Shown one piece after another: positions 54,052-64,000 of a DNA stretch of 64,000 nt. The translations under genes were made by a program, and so were the position numbers. The stretch is taken from contig CAWHEK010000026.1 of NCBI GenBank assembly GCA_963828325.1, positions 134,559 to 198,558 on the forward strand, in the 5' to 3' direction. The notes below the pieces were generated by a model. The model ran no database searches. It saw nothing but the letters and a program-made list of their open reading frames with translations, and was not told the DNA's origin. Numbering within the stretch: position 1 is the first letter of the stretch; every line of letters starts with the position of its first letter. The stretch comes from an uncultured Acidobacteriaceae bacterium (lineage in GTDB: Bacteria > Acidobacteriota > Terriglobia > Terriglobales > Acidobacteriaceae).

Positions 54052-56355
54052 TCAGTAGTAATAGGGCGTCTTGGCAGTCCAGGGCGACTTTGGGTAATGC
54101 TGGTGCAGGAGGTCGAAGGCGGCTTTGCCGGTGGAGCTGAATTGCGGCCGCTTGTCGTACGGGACATTGGGGTCAAAGGTCTGGCAATCGTAGTGGGTGG
54201 CGCGGACTGTGAGCGCCAGGGCTTCCGGGACTTCGGGGTCGTCGGGGTGCTGCTTCGCGTAGTCGATGATTCGCTGACCAAGAAAGTCAGAGGAATCCGG
54301 CAGGGCCTTGAGACGCGCGAATTCGGACGAGGCCTGCTGTTGCTCGGTCGGAGTGAAAATTGGCGGGGGTGGTAACGCAGACGACGGAGGAACATTCTCC
54401 CCCTGTGTCCCATTGTTTGCGCCGAGCTGACACCAGCCGTTATCGCGAAAATCGTCAAACTGGCTGTAACTCGCCACGCGCGCAATACCCGGATCAAGAA
54501 TGGGCTGCACACCGTCGTGACGGAGGATGGCCACGAAGGCTGGAAAGCCGGAGCTGGTGCTCGCCGTCACACCGATCTCACTGGGCAATTTTGGAGCGAG
54601 AGCGGCCGCGGACTTTGTGTCGTCGAGGATGACAGCGCGAGTCCAGGCGGCAATGGCGATGTTCCGGCGCAGATTTGGAGGCAGAACCGGCGAATTTACC
54701 GCCTCAATAAGCAGTGATAGCGGCGTTTTTTCGTTCAGGATTCTGGTTGCATCGCCATCAAAGGTTATGGGCTGGTCGAGCTCGGGGCACGGGGCAGTTT
54801 TGCCACCATAGAGCGGAAGACCGGCACGCTTTTGGCAGAGCGCGCGCATATCGACCGCGGGCTCAGAACCCGTCTCAAGCGCAACGCGCGAAGCGTAGGT
54901 GAGGAATTCAGCGAGGTCGTGCGCGACTGCCATGCGCTCGCCGAGAAGCGCGTTCCGTTCGGAGCTGGGTTTTTGAAGGCTGGGCGCGGCGAGGGATTTG
55001 TCGAGCAGGACGCGCGCTTCGTCGAATCGCTGAAGGTCAATGAGCAGGCGCACTCGGTGATAGAAGGCTGTGTCGTAGGCGGGGCTCGTGGGAGGGATTG
55101 CGGCCGCTGCGTCGATGAGTATGGGCGCGAAGGCGTCGGACGAAGAGGCCTTGACGATCGCGATCACGAGCCAAGGCAATGCATGATCCTGTTGCCATGT
55201 TGCGAATGCCGACGCAGCCGTATTTGAGCCGCGCCATGCAGCGATCCATGCAAGCAGCGGTGGGGGGTTCTGAATCTTGATCTGATTCGTCAGGAGCCAG
55301 CTCAGGTCTTTGAGGTCCTGAGCATAGTTGGGATCTGGCTTCGGGCCGGAGAGGTCGGCGCTGATTTCGGCGGCGCGTTTTTCGGGATCGGTGCGGATGC
55401 GGATGAAGTTCAGCTCGGCCTGCAAATCATTTCGCATTGAAGCCGGGTGCGGGGTCGAGAGTTCGTGTTCCAAAATCTGCTGCGCCCGATTCATCACGCC
55501 GGGATCGAAATCGGCGATACCCTCGCTGTAAGGGTTGGAACCCTTGCCTAATGCGAACGCTTTTCGGACAATCGCGCGGGCGGCAAGGTAATTGCCCATT
55601 TCATGCCAGGGAGATTCTTTGTCGGCGGCAATCGCGGCGAATTGCTGAGCGGCTTCGTCGTATTTTCCCGCATAGAGATTAGCGGCGGCGATTTGGTAAG
55701 CGCGATCAGCGCTGAGCAATGCAGGTGCACCCGCCGGCGCGGCGGATGGCATGGACGGGGCCTTGCCGTCGCAGTTTGAGAAAACGGCGTCCTGTGCACG
55801 AATCCAGTCAAGGAGCGATGAGTTGGACTTGCCCCAGGTGATGGCACGTTTACGCAATGTAAGAACGGCCGTCTGAAAAGAGGGGTTGGGGCAGTTCAGG
55901 TAATACTCCGTGAAGTGGAAACCACCAGCAACGTTCGTCTCTATGCCGATTTGCTGGTCGGGAGCGGGGATGGCTGGAACATATTCTGCGCGGGCTTTTT
56001 CCCATAGCTTGGGCGGGGCAGATTCTTCTGCGTCCTTCTCAGCGGCTTGCTCGGCTTGCCACTGCTCAGCCGTTTCAAAGTCGGGGTCGGGGCTGGGCGG
56101 CATGAGCGCCGCTTGCTCTTCGGCACTGAGCTTGCCACCATTCAGGTAGCGAAAAGCGACAGCATACTCGTCAGAGTCAAAGCCAGCCTGCAAGATGGCG
56201 AGCTGGCCCTTCGAGAAGGCCGCGAGGTCGTCGGGGCGTATCCCATTGACGAAGACCTCCGGCTCGAAATCGGGGCCGCAGGCTTCGACGTCGCGGACGG
56301 GCGAGAGCAGCGCGGCGGCGGCGAAAGCGGCGAGAGCGAAGTAACGCGTCTTCAT
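54052..56355 (-). CDS. large secreted hypothetical protein (767 aa)
   Basis: Signal peptide (FALAAFAAAALLSPVRDVEA). Mostly helical-looking sequence with scattered Cys pairs. No family recognised. Its start overlaps the upstream gene stop by 4 nt. Confidence 0.6.
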   Translation of the reverse strand: MKTRYFALAAFAAAALLSPVRDVEACGPDFEPEVFVNGIRPDDLAAFSKGQLAILQAGFDSDEYAVAFRYLNGGKLSAEEQAALMPPSPDPDFETAEQWQAEQAAEKDAEESAPPKLWEKARAEYVPAIPAPDQQIGIETNVAGGFHFTEYYLNCPNPSFQTAVLTLRKRAITWGKSNSSLLDWIRAQDAVFSNCDGKAPSMPSAAPAGAPALLSADRAYQIAAANLYAGKYDEAAQQFAAIAADKESPWHEMGNYLAARAIVRKAFALGKGSNPYSEGIADFDPGVMNRAQQILEHELSTPHPASMRNDLQAELNFIRIRTDPEKRAAEISADLSGPKPDPNYAQDLKDLSWLLTNQIKIQNPPPLLAWIAAWRGSNTAASAFATWQQDHALPWLVIAIVKASSSDAFAPILIDAAAAIPPTSPAYDTAFYHRVRLLIDLQRFDEARVLLDKSLAAPSLQKPSSERNALLGERMAVAHDLAEFLTYASRVALETGSEPAVDMRALCQKRAGLPLYGGKTAPCPELDQPITFDGDATRILNEKTPLSLLIEAVNSPVLPPNLRRNIAIAAWTRAVILDDTKSAAALAPKLPSEIGVTASTSSGFPAFVAILRHDGVQPILDPGIARVASYSQFDDFRDNGWCQLGANNGTQGENVPPSSALPPPPIFTPTEQQQASSEFARLKALPDSSDFLGQRIIDYAKQHPDDPEVPEALALTVRATHYDCQTFDPNVPYDKRPQFSSTGKAAFDLLHQHYPKSPWTAKTPYYY

Positions 56356-57209
56356 GGGAGTCTCCGTTCAAGTTCAGTGGGCGAATCGATACGCCAGCCG
56401 TTGTCAGCGAAGATATAGATCCGTTTGCCGTCGAGGCCAGATGGCCAGGGCTCGGTGGTTGAAACGCCGACAGAAGTCTGGCAAAGCGGTTCACGGATGC
56501 GGAAGTCGTCGAGGTTGGGCGGCGCGCGGCGGCGGTCGGGCTCCATGCGAAACATCATGGGGACGGCTTCATCGACGGGAAGGCCGCGAAGCCAGTCGTC
56601 GAAGCTGCACCAGGAGGCCAGCGCGGTAATCGAAAGTGGCAGATTGGCTGGCATACGGGCGCGCAGGTCTACCAGGAGGTCGCGGTAAAACGGTCGCTGA
56701 GAGCGGGTGGCGTCGAAATCGACCTGGAGGGCAGCGATACCTGGCTCGCGCGCGCTGCGGAGGATCGCGTCAACCGCGTCGCGACGGTTTTCAGCATTGA
56801 GAATAGCGTTCGGCGGCGCCTCAATGCGGACCACTGGGATTCGTGTTGCCGAGGCAGGGAAAACCAGGAGATCGCGGCGGGGCTGGCTGGCAACGGTGAG
56901 GCCAATGGTCAACGTCTGGTCAAGATAAGCGACGGCAAAGCGGCGAGTGTTCAACGCGTGCAGGTCTTCGCGGCGCTCCCATGCCCAGAGCGTAACTCGG
57001 GGCAAGGCGGCCAAGTTGGCAGGCGGATGAGGAAGGGTGTCAGAGCGGATGCCGAGCGAGCAGAAGAGCGCAGCAAGAGCGAATGGAACGATATTCCAGC
57101 GGCGTGCGTTGGGTGGCATTGCGATGACAGCAACACAATGCACGATGTCTGCGCAGAAAGCAAGGCCGGGGTCGGGCCCCGGCCATTCGTAGAGATTGGG
57201 AGTGTCCAC
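56352..57209 (-). CDS. hypothetical exported protein (possibly a DUF3142-like TIM-barrel fold)
   Basis: 285-aa ORF; an alternative start at 57119 (MPPNARRWNIVPFALAALFCSLG) would give a signal peptide. LQVDFDATRSQ resembles glycoside-hydrolase-like DUFs, but the assignment is tentative. Confidence 0.5.
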   Translation of the reverse strand: MDTPNLYEWPGPDPGLAFCADIVHCVAVIAMPPNARRWNIVPFALAALFCSLGIRSDTLPHPPANLAALPRVTLWAWERREDLHALNTRRFAVAYLDQTLTIGLTVASQPRRDLLVFPASATRIPVVRIEAPPNAILNAENRRDAVDAILRSAREPGIAALQVDFDATRSQRPFYRDLLVDLRARMPANLPLSITALASWCSFDDWLRGLPVDEAVPMMFRMEPDRRRAPPNLDDFRIREPLCQTSVGVSTTEPWPSGLDGKRIYIFADNGWRIDSPTELERRLP

Positions 57210-57219
57210 TTAAGGCGAT

Positions 57220-58395
57220 TTATCGGGAATGGGCGGCGCCGAGATAGGACTCGTCAAGCTGATCGACGGACGGACATCCGAGCAGGGTGAGGGTAAGATC
57301 CAGATCGTCCTTGAGGATCTTGATGGCGCGGGTAACGCCGGCCTCTCCAGCAGCGGCAAGCCCGTAGGCGTAGGCCCGCCCGATGAGCACGGCGCGAGCG
57401 CCGAGGCAAATCGCCTTTGCGATATCGCTGCCGCGGCGCACGCCGCCATCCATCAGGATTTCGATCTGGCCGCCGACCGCTTTCACGACCTCAGGCAGCG
57501 CATGCAGCGTGGGAGAGACGCAGTCCAACTGGCGTCCGCCGTGGTTTGAAACCACCACTGCTTGGGCGCCTTCGTCGACCGCGCGACGGGCATCGTCGCC
57601 GCTGAGAATCCCCTTGGCGACAATCGGGCCCGGCCAAATCTCACGAATCCATCGCAGGTCTTCCCAACTGGCTCCGGCATGAGAAAGCGCAGATCCGACA
57701 TCGGTCAAATCCATCGGACCTTTTCCCGGGATTACGACATTCCCCAGTTTGGGGACACCGCCATCGAGCAAAAAGGAAGCAAGCCAACGGGGATGGGCGA
57801 GGATGTTGGGAAGAAAGCGAGCCTTGGGCAGCAGAGCCGGGGCCAGGAGCTCCTTCATCCCGTTGCGCGGGTCGCGTTCGCGCTTGCCTGCCAAGGGAGT
57901 ATCGAGGGTCAACACCAACGCGGAGTAGCCGGCGCGGCGTGCGCGGTCAATTGCGCCCTCGGCTGCTGCGCGGCCGCCAAGCAGATACAGCTGATACCAG
58001 AGCGGCCCGGTAGCGGTGGCCTTCACATCCTCAAGCTTGTGGCCGGAGATGGTTGGCAACGTATAGATGGTGCCTGCGCGGCCGGCGGCGCGGGCCACGC
58101 CTGCCTCGCCTTCTTTATGCATGAGACGGATGTAGCTAACGGGAGCAAGAATGGCGGGGAAAGCGATTTCGTGGCCGAGCACGTTCACGGCCGTCTTGCA
58201 GTCATAGACGGCTACACCATTGCGCGGCCGAAATGTCGCGTCGCGAAAGGCGCGGCAGTTTTCGGCCAGCGTGACTTCGGCGTCAGCACCGCCGTCGAGA
58301 TAGTCGAAGACTGACCTGGGGACTCTTCGCTTGGCGAGCCGGCGAAGGTCCTCGATATTGACGATGGCAGATGAGCGCAGCTTACGGTTTGGCAT
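57220..58395 (-). CDS. FMN-dependent alpha-hydroxy acid dehydrogenase/oxidase (L-lactate dehydrogenase or glycolate oxidase family)
   Basis: VFDYLDGGADAEVTL..., SNHGGRQLD and GRAYAYGLAAAGEAGV motifs. Confidence 0.85.
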   Translation of the reverse strand: MPNRKLRSSAIVNIEDLRRLAKRRVPRSVFDYLDGGADAEVTLAENCRAFRDATFRPRNGVAVYDCKTAVNVLGHEIAFPAILAPVSYIRLMHKEGEAGVARAAGRAGTIYTLPTISGHKLEDVKATATGPLWYQLYLLGGRAAAEGAIDRARRAGYSALVLTLDTPLAGKRERDPRNGMKELLAPALLPKARFLPNILAHPRWLASFLLDGGVPKLGNVVIPGKGPMDLTDVGSALSHAGASWEDLRWIREIWPGPIVAKGILSGDDARRAVDEGAQAVVVSNHGGRQLDCVSPTLHALPEVVKAVGGQIEILMDGGVRRGSDIAKAICLGARAVLIGRAYAYGLAAAGEAGVTRAIKILKDDLDLTLTLLGCPSVDQLDESYLGAAHSR

Positions 58396-58520
58396 AGGGG
58401 CGAATGGGATCGGGGCCGTCCTCGAAATATTAGCTGGTTTGGCGAAGGAATGCTTCCTGCCGGATGCGCTACCGACTCTTCAATTCAAATTGGGGGGAAG
58501 TGCCGCGGCTTAAAGGCTAT

Positions 58521-58560
58521 TTGGATTGGGCGCAAGAAGAAAGGCCGGGGACGATGCCCC
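58521..58560 (-). terminator. intrinsic terminator candidate downstream of rho
   Basis: 10-bp stem AAGGCCGGGG/CCCCGGCCTT with a 6-nt loop (58531-58556). On the minus strand it is followed by TCTTCTT. A T-run also follows it on the plus strand. Confidence 0.5.
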
Positions 58561-58654
58561 GGCCTTTTCGCTCCGGAAAATCCAGACCACCTAGACCCGG
58601 AACTAAGAATGTTTGAGACCCGTTTTTGTGCGGGCGAAATAGTGATAGATAGAA

Positions 58655-58758
58655 GCGCCGTGCTATCCCACCGAAGCAGAGCTTGTATCCACCCCACAGA
58701 CGGGGACCTGTCTGCGGGGGCCCCGGGGATGGGGCACCCACTTTCCGTGCTGGGTGGA
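58655..58758. repeat. interspersed repeat modules abutting the rho stop codon
   Basis: CGTGCTATCCCACC, CACCCCACAGACGGGGACCTGTCTGCGGGGGCCCCG hairpin, and GGGGCACCCACTTTCCGTGCTGGGTGG box. Confidence 0.8.
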
Positions 58759-58759
58759 C

Positions 58760-60010
<1,251 letters not shown>

Positions 60011-60239
60011 GTTTACCTACAAATGGGCGGGATGTGTTGGAGGGAATGCGGAGCGGGAATTGCTCCTGAGGGAACAAACTTGCGGAATACAACAAAATCA
60101 GCCGGTCGAATCCAGCGTTGCACTGAACTCCAAACTCATTCGGAGTTGCGGAGCGCGCGCCGGGAACAGATGATTTTATTTCGACGAGAAACTGGCTTGA
60201 GGCTTTCAGATTGAGTGCAAAATGCGGCGAGAGACGCCG

Positions 60240-60461
60240 TTAAGCCGCACGGCGCCTTTCTACCGGATGAACCGCAGGCGCCTCTTCGGGCGTCTCTGCT
60301 TCAGGACTTGCCACTTCGAAACGGCTCAAAACTTCGTTGGTCGTATCTTGCAGCCGTGTATTCGGCTTGTGAAGCTTACGAGTTGCCTTGCTGGCCAGCG
60401 TGCAAAGCTGGTAGCGATTGGACACATGAGAAAGTGCCTTAAAAACGAGATCGGAACGCAT
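60240..60461 (-). CDS. rpoZ: probable DNA-directed RNA polymerase omega subunit
   Basis: 73 aa. SNRYQLCTLASKATRKL resembles the omega core motif (NRF/Y-x-L-x4-A-x-R-A-x-x-L). Lies upstream of rho on the same strand. Confidence 0.45.
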   Translation of the reverse strand: MRSDLVFKALSHVSNRYQLCTLASKATRKLHKPNTRLQDTTNEVLSRFEVASPEAETPEEAPAVHPVERRRAA

Positions 60462-61079
60462 TGTCTATCTCCTTCTTCTTCAAATGGCCGCACTGGAAAG
60501 AGCCGCTGACCCGCCAGCACAGCAGAGGGGGAGCCAAAACAAGCCAAGACAAATTTAGGGCTTCCCCAAATTGCAACTTCCACATCTTAGACGCGCTTCG
60601 CCTGCCCACAGTTCAAAAACATTTGGGGCCGGTGCGCGCTATGAGATGGATGCCATGCCGTATCGGATCTGCAGTTTGCGCGCCGGAAACCTATCAGGCC
60701 CTTCCCGCGCTGCCCAAAAAACGCAGCCAAGGCATCAAACTCTCTCAAAAGATTTGATGCTGGAAGAGGCTAATGGGCACACCCGATCGCAATGCGCAAC
60801 CTGCCCTCTATGGATGGCTATGGTGAGATTATATGGAAGACAGGGCGGGGTCAATAGTTATTTCGTGGGAATTGTCGAACGTTTACTTTGCCTGCGGAGG
60901 GCGGCGGCTTGGGTCATGGAATGCCGCATAAGTTGTTTATTACCAATACAATATAGGTTAAATCGGGTTGGCACTACCGGGGAGAGCAAGAAGCTGGAAT
61001 CCGCAGGGGCTTCAGGGCGGGGAGGAAGGAACCTTCTGAGTCAATTGGCGCTGGGCCCGGCGGCGCGGGGCGAATCGGT

Positions 61080-61394
61080 TCAGGGCTTTTCCTCAAGCCA
61101 GGACGTTCCGTCGGGATCGGTCGAGAGAACCCGGCCGTTTTCATCATTGCCGGGAAGCCTGGGACGCGGAGTGCGGCCGGAGTTGGTGGCAATTTCATCC
61201 AGGCGGAATACGCCGACGAGAATCATTCCCACAATTGGGGCGGCAAGAAGAAATGTCTCCCAACCGGATTGAAGGGCAATCCCTTGCAAGTGTGCCTCCC
61301 CGCTCTGGAACCGCGAACGTGAGATGAATGTTAGCCCGGATATCGGCCGGGAGCCGGGCATGCCGAGCCGAATTCGACTCGAAGGTAATGGCAC
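61080..61394 (-). CDS. hypothetical small protein with one TM segment (start uncertain)
   Basis: 104-aa ORF downstream of comM. Hydrophobic segment FLLAAPIVGMILVGVF. Weak support. Confidence 0.25.
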   Translation of the reverse strand: MPLPSSRIRLGMPGSRPISGLTFISRSRFQSGEAHLQGIALQSGWETFLLAAPIVGMILVGVFRLDEIATNSGRTPRPRLPGNDENGRVLSTDPDGTSWLEEKP

Positions 61395-61482
61395 GGATAG
61401 GTAAGAGGGCTGACAGTCCGATGCGCGCCGGCGGCGCGCAAATCTTGCAGGTTCTGGCGATTGCGCTGGGCGCGAGTTTTCT

Positions 61483-63042
61483 TCAGGCCCAATAGCTGCG
61501 GTCGAGTGTTCTATATTGGATCGCTTCGGCCAGGTGGGCGACCGACAGGCTTTCTGCCCCTTCCAGGTCGGCGATGGTGCGGGCGACTTTGAGGATGCGG
61601 TCGTGGGCGCGGGCGGTTAATCCCTGTTGCTGCATGGCGCGCTCGAGAAGGCGCTCGGCGTCGGGGCCGAGTTCGCAGTGGGTGCGAATCTGGCGCGTGT
61701 TCATCTGCGCGTTGGCGTAAATCTTTTCTTTGGCTTTGGAGAAGCGGGCGCGCTGGTGCTGGCGGGCCGAGAGCACTCGAGCGCGAATCTGGGCCGAGCC
61801 TTCGGCTGCCGCGTTGCCGCGCAGCTCCTTATATTGAACGGCCGGAACTTCAATATGGATGTCAATGCGATCCAGCAAGGGGCCGGAGATTTTGGCCACG
61901 TAACGCTGAATCATGGGCGGCGTGCACGTGCACTCGCGCGACTTGTCATTGAAGTAGCCACAGGGGCACGGGTTCATGGCGGCGGCGAGCATGAAGCGCG
62001 CGGGAAAGCTCAGAGTCATGGATGCGCGCGCGATGGTGACGGTGTGGTCCTCAAGCGGCTGACGCATGACTTCGAGGACGTTGCGCGGGAACTCGGGAAG
62101 TTCGTCGAGAAAAAGCAAGCCGTTATGCGCGAGCGAGACTTCGCCGGGGCGAGGAACAATGCCGCCGCCGATGAGACCGGCGTCGGAGATGGTGTGGTGC
62201 GGCGAGCGGAATGGGCGCTGCGTAACGAGTCCTGCGCCAGCATCAAGCACGCCGGCGACGGAGTGAATCTTGGTGGTTTCAAGCGCTTCCTCAAAGGTGA
62301 GCGGAGCGAGGATCGACGGCAGGCGCTTGGCGAGCATGGTTTTGCCGGAGCCGGGCGGGCCGATCATGAGGATGTTGTGGCTGCCGGCGGCGGCCACTTC
62401 AAGGGCGCGTTTGGCGGTTTGCTGGCCGCGGACATCGTGAAAGTCAACAGTGAACTGCTCGAGCTTTCCGAGCAGGTCCTGAGCGACAATGCGGAACGGC
62501 TCGCGCTGAATGACGCCGACGACTGAAGTGTTGAGCAGATCGAGCACATCGAGAAGAGAGGAGACGGGATAGACGTTTACGCCTTCGACGACCGCGGCTT
62601 CAGAGGCGTTGGCGGCGGGCAGAATCAGGTTGGCAATTCCCTTTTCGCGCGCCAGGATGGCGACGGGCAACATGCCAGGGATGGGGCGCACGCTACCGTC
62701 GAGGCCGAGCTCGCCGACCATGAGAAATCGGCTGAGGTCGTTGGAGTGCAAAGCGCCGTAGGCTCCAAGAATGCCGATGGCGATGGGCAAATCGAAGCCT
62801 GAGCCTTCTTTCTTGAGATCGGCGGGCGCGAGGTTGATGGTGATGAAGGTGGGCGGAATGGTGTAACCGGAGTTCTTGATGGCGGCGCGGACGCGGTCGC
62901 GGCTCTCACGAACCGCGGCATCGGGCAGGCCAACGGTGTGAAAGTGGTCTTCATTCATGACCACGCCGCTGTAGTCGACTTCAACCTCGATGAGGTTGGC
63001 GTCGATGCCGTACACGGCCGCACTAAGAGCCTTAAAAAGCAT
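61483..63042 (-). CDS. comM: YifB/ComM family Mg-chelatase-like AAA+ ATPase
   Basis: I prefer the ATG at 63042 ([23 protein letters not shown]...). Lon-protease-like N-domain, Walker A GPPGSGKT, and a C-terminal Mg-chelatase subunit ChlI-like region. Confidence 0.9.
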   Translation of the reverse strand: MLFKALSAAVYGIDANLIEVEVDYSGVVMNEDHFHTVGLPDAAVRESRDRVRAAIKNSGYTIPPTFITINLAPADLKKEGSGFDLPIAIGILGAYGALHSNDLSRFLMVGELGLDGSVRPIPGMLPVAILAREKGIANLILPAANASEAAVVEGVNVYPVSSLLDVLDLLNTSVVGVIQREPFRIVAQDLLGKLEQFTVDFHDVRGQQTAKRALEVAAAGSHNILMIGPPGSGKTMLAKRLPSILAPLTFEEALETTKIHSVAGVLDAGAGLVTQRPFRSPHHTISDAGLIGGGIVPRPGEVSLAHNGLLFLDELPEFPRNVLEVMRQPLEDHTVTIARASMTLSFPARFMLAAAMNPCPCGYFNDKSRECTCTPPMIQRYVAKISGPLLDRIDIHIEVPAVQYKELRGNAAAEGSAQIRARVLSARQHQRARFSKAKEKIYANAQMNTRQIRTHCELGPDAERLLERAMQQQGLTARAHDRILKVARTIADLEGAESLSVAHLAEAIQYRTLDRSYWA

Positions 63043-63177
63043 GGAGGAGGGCTGCGGAGGGAGTGTAGCAGGAGGCCGGGTGTGGCAGTCTGTGATGGAT
63101 GAACAGGAGCAGCGAGAGGGGTTGTTCAATTGAAGTCAGCAACAGTAACTTATTATGATTCATTGAGTTTGCCGACG

Positions 63178-64000
63178 ATGAGATTGACTGCGAGGGTACT
63201 TCGCGGATTCTGTTCCAGGTCGGCTATCGTCCTTGTGGCGATTGCCGCCGCGCTGCCCTTTTCGGTAAGAGCATATTCTCAATCGGACGGCAAGACCAAC
63301 GTTGCTTCAGGACAGGCAATTGGGACACAGGACGAGGCGAAGGCTGGCGAGGCTGCGGCAGCCACAGAAGACGGCCCGGTAGCCAATCCCGGCAGACCCA
63401 CGGTTTCGACGCCTGCAACGCTAACGCCCGTGGGCTATCTGCAATTCGAGACCGGAATTCTGGCGGCATGGCATTCTCCGGAGTTTGACTCGCAGACCAG
63501 CATCAATGAGGTGATCAAGTTCGCGGTTTCGCGGCGCATCGAGTTTCTGGCCGCGAGCGAACCATTCGTGCATTCGAATACGCAGCCCACAAACGGCGAC
63601 GGTGAAGTGTCTCTGGGAGTTCAAGCGGTCTTATGGCCGGGGGAAGGCGCGCGCCCGACAATTTCGGCGAGCTACTTCCACGAGGTTCAGAACGGAGGAA
63701 CTCCCGACCTGGATATGGGCAGCGCTACGAATTCGGCGATTCTGCTGTTTAGCGCCGATGTGAAGGGCTTTCACTACGACACAAACTACCTCTTCAACGA
63801 AGTCGACAGTGACGCGGGCGCACGCCGCGCGCAGTTCGGGCAGACGCTTTCGATCTCGCATGGCGTGGGGACACGATTCGGCGTTTCAGGGGAGTTGTGG
63901 GATTTTACGCAGCCTTTTTTGCGGAGCTACGCTTTCGGGAATCTATGGGCCGCGAATTACAACGCGAACAAGGACCTGGTGTTCGATGTGGCATTCGATC
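63178..64000 (+). CDS. secreted hypothetical protein, possibly an outer-membrane beta-barrel (3' end outside the window)
   Basis: Hand translation from the ATG at 63178: MRLTARVLRGFCSRSAIVLVAIAAALPFSVRAYSQ... (signal peptide), then alternating-pattern segments. The frame stays open to the window edge and is not in the ORF track. Confidence 0.45.
   Translation, partial: MRLTARVLRGFCSRSAIVLVAIAAALPFSVRAYSQSDGKTNVASGQAIGTQDEAKAGEAAAATEDGPVANPGRPTVSTPATLTPVGYLQFETGILAAWHSPEFDSQTSINEVIKFAVSRRIEFLAASEPFVHSNTQPTNGDGEVSLGVQAVLWPGEGARPTISASYFHEVQNGGTPDLDMGSATNSAILLFSADVKGFHYDTNYLFNEVDSDAGARRAQFGQTLSISHGVGTRFGVSGELWDFTQPFLRSYAFGNLWAANYNANKDLVFDVAFD

Overview
The window is a roughly 60% GC (judged by eye) chromosomal segment. 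Its gene content points to Acidobacteriota: a TIGR03435-like domain, a CarboxypepD_reg protein, a TolB_N/TPR regulator and very abundant hairpin repeats. This taxonomic placement is inference only. Most of the window is housekeeping: lipB with an E2 acyltransferase, glpK, a SulP transporter, trpD, sucC/sucD, ccmE-ccmA-ccmB, mscL, a class I DAHP synthase, hrcA-grpE-dnaJ, tRNA-Ala(CGC), rpoZ-rho, comM, plus a GH3 glycosidase, an SGNH hydrolase and an M28 peptidase. Accessory content includes a hicAB pair, a NahK-like kinase with a nucleotidyltransferase, and a Crp/Fnr, cNMP-binding and tandem-Usp cluster. No CRISPR array, rRNA gene, transposase, integrase or recognisable defence island is present. 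The unusual signal is mostly non-coding: (1) A four-helix-bundle (23S-rRNA-IVS-protein/Avd-like) gene sits between sucC and sucD, bracketed by inverted arrays of a 7-nt CTAG repeat. Solo copies of the same array abut the stop codons of sucD, grpE and dnaJ and place stop codons in all six frames. (2) An array of about 50 copies of the octamer GGGACTAC, with G-quadruplex potential, lies upstream of ccmE. (3) A 1.1-kb modular tandem array of GGGGCACCC-box units lies next to trpD. (4) Several interspersed hairpin and MITE-like repeat families recur, and some supply stop codons to flanking genes. (5) Three TGTGA-N6-TCACA palindromes match the CRP-type recognition helix of the local Crp/Fnr regulator. 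(6) CcmE carries a CxxxY motif in place of HxxxY. (7) Two genes show single-base frameshifts. (8) A three-gene secreted-protein operon of unknown function ends in a TlpA-TIGR03435 fusion.
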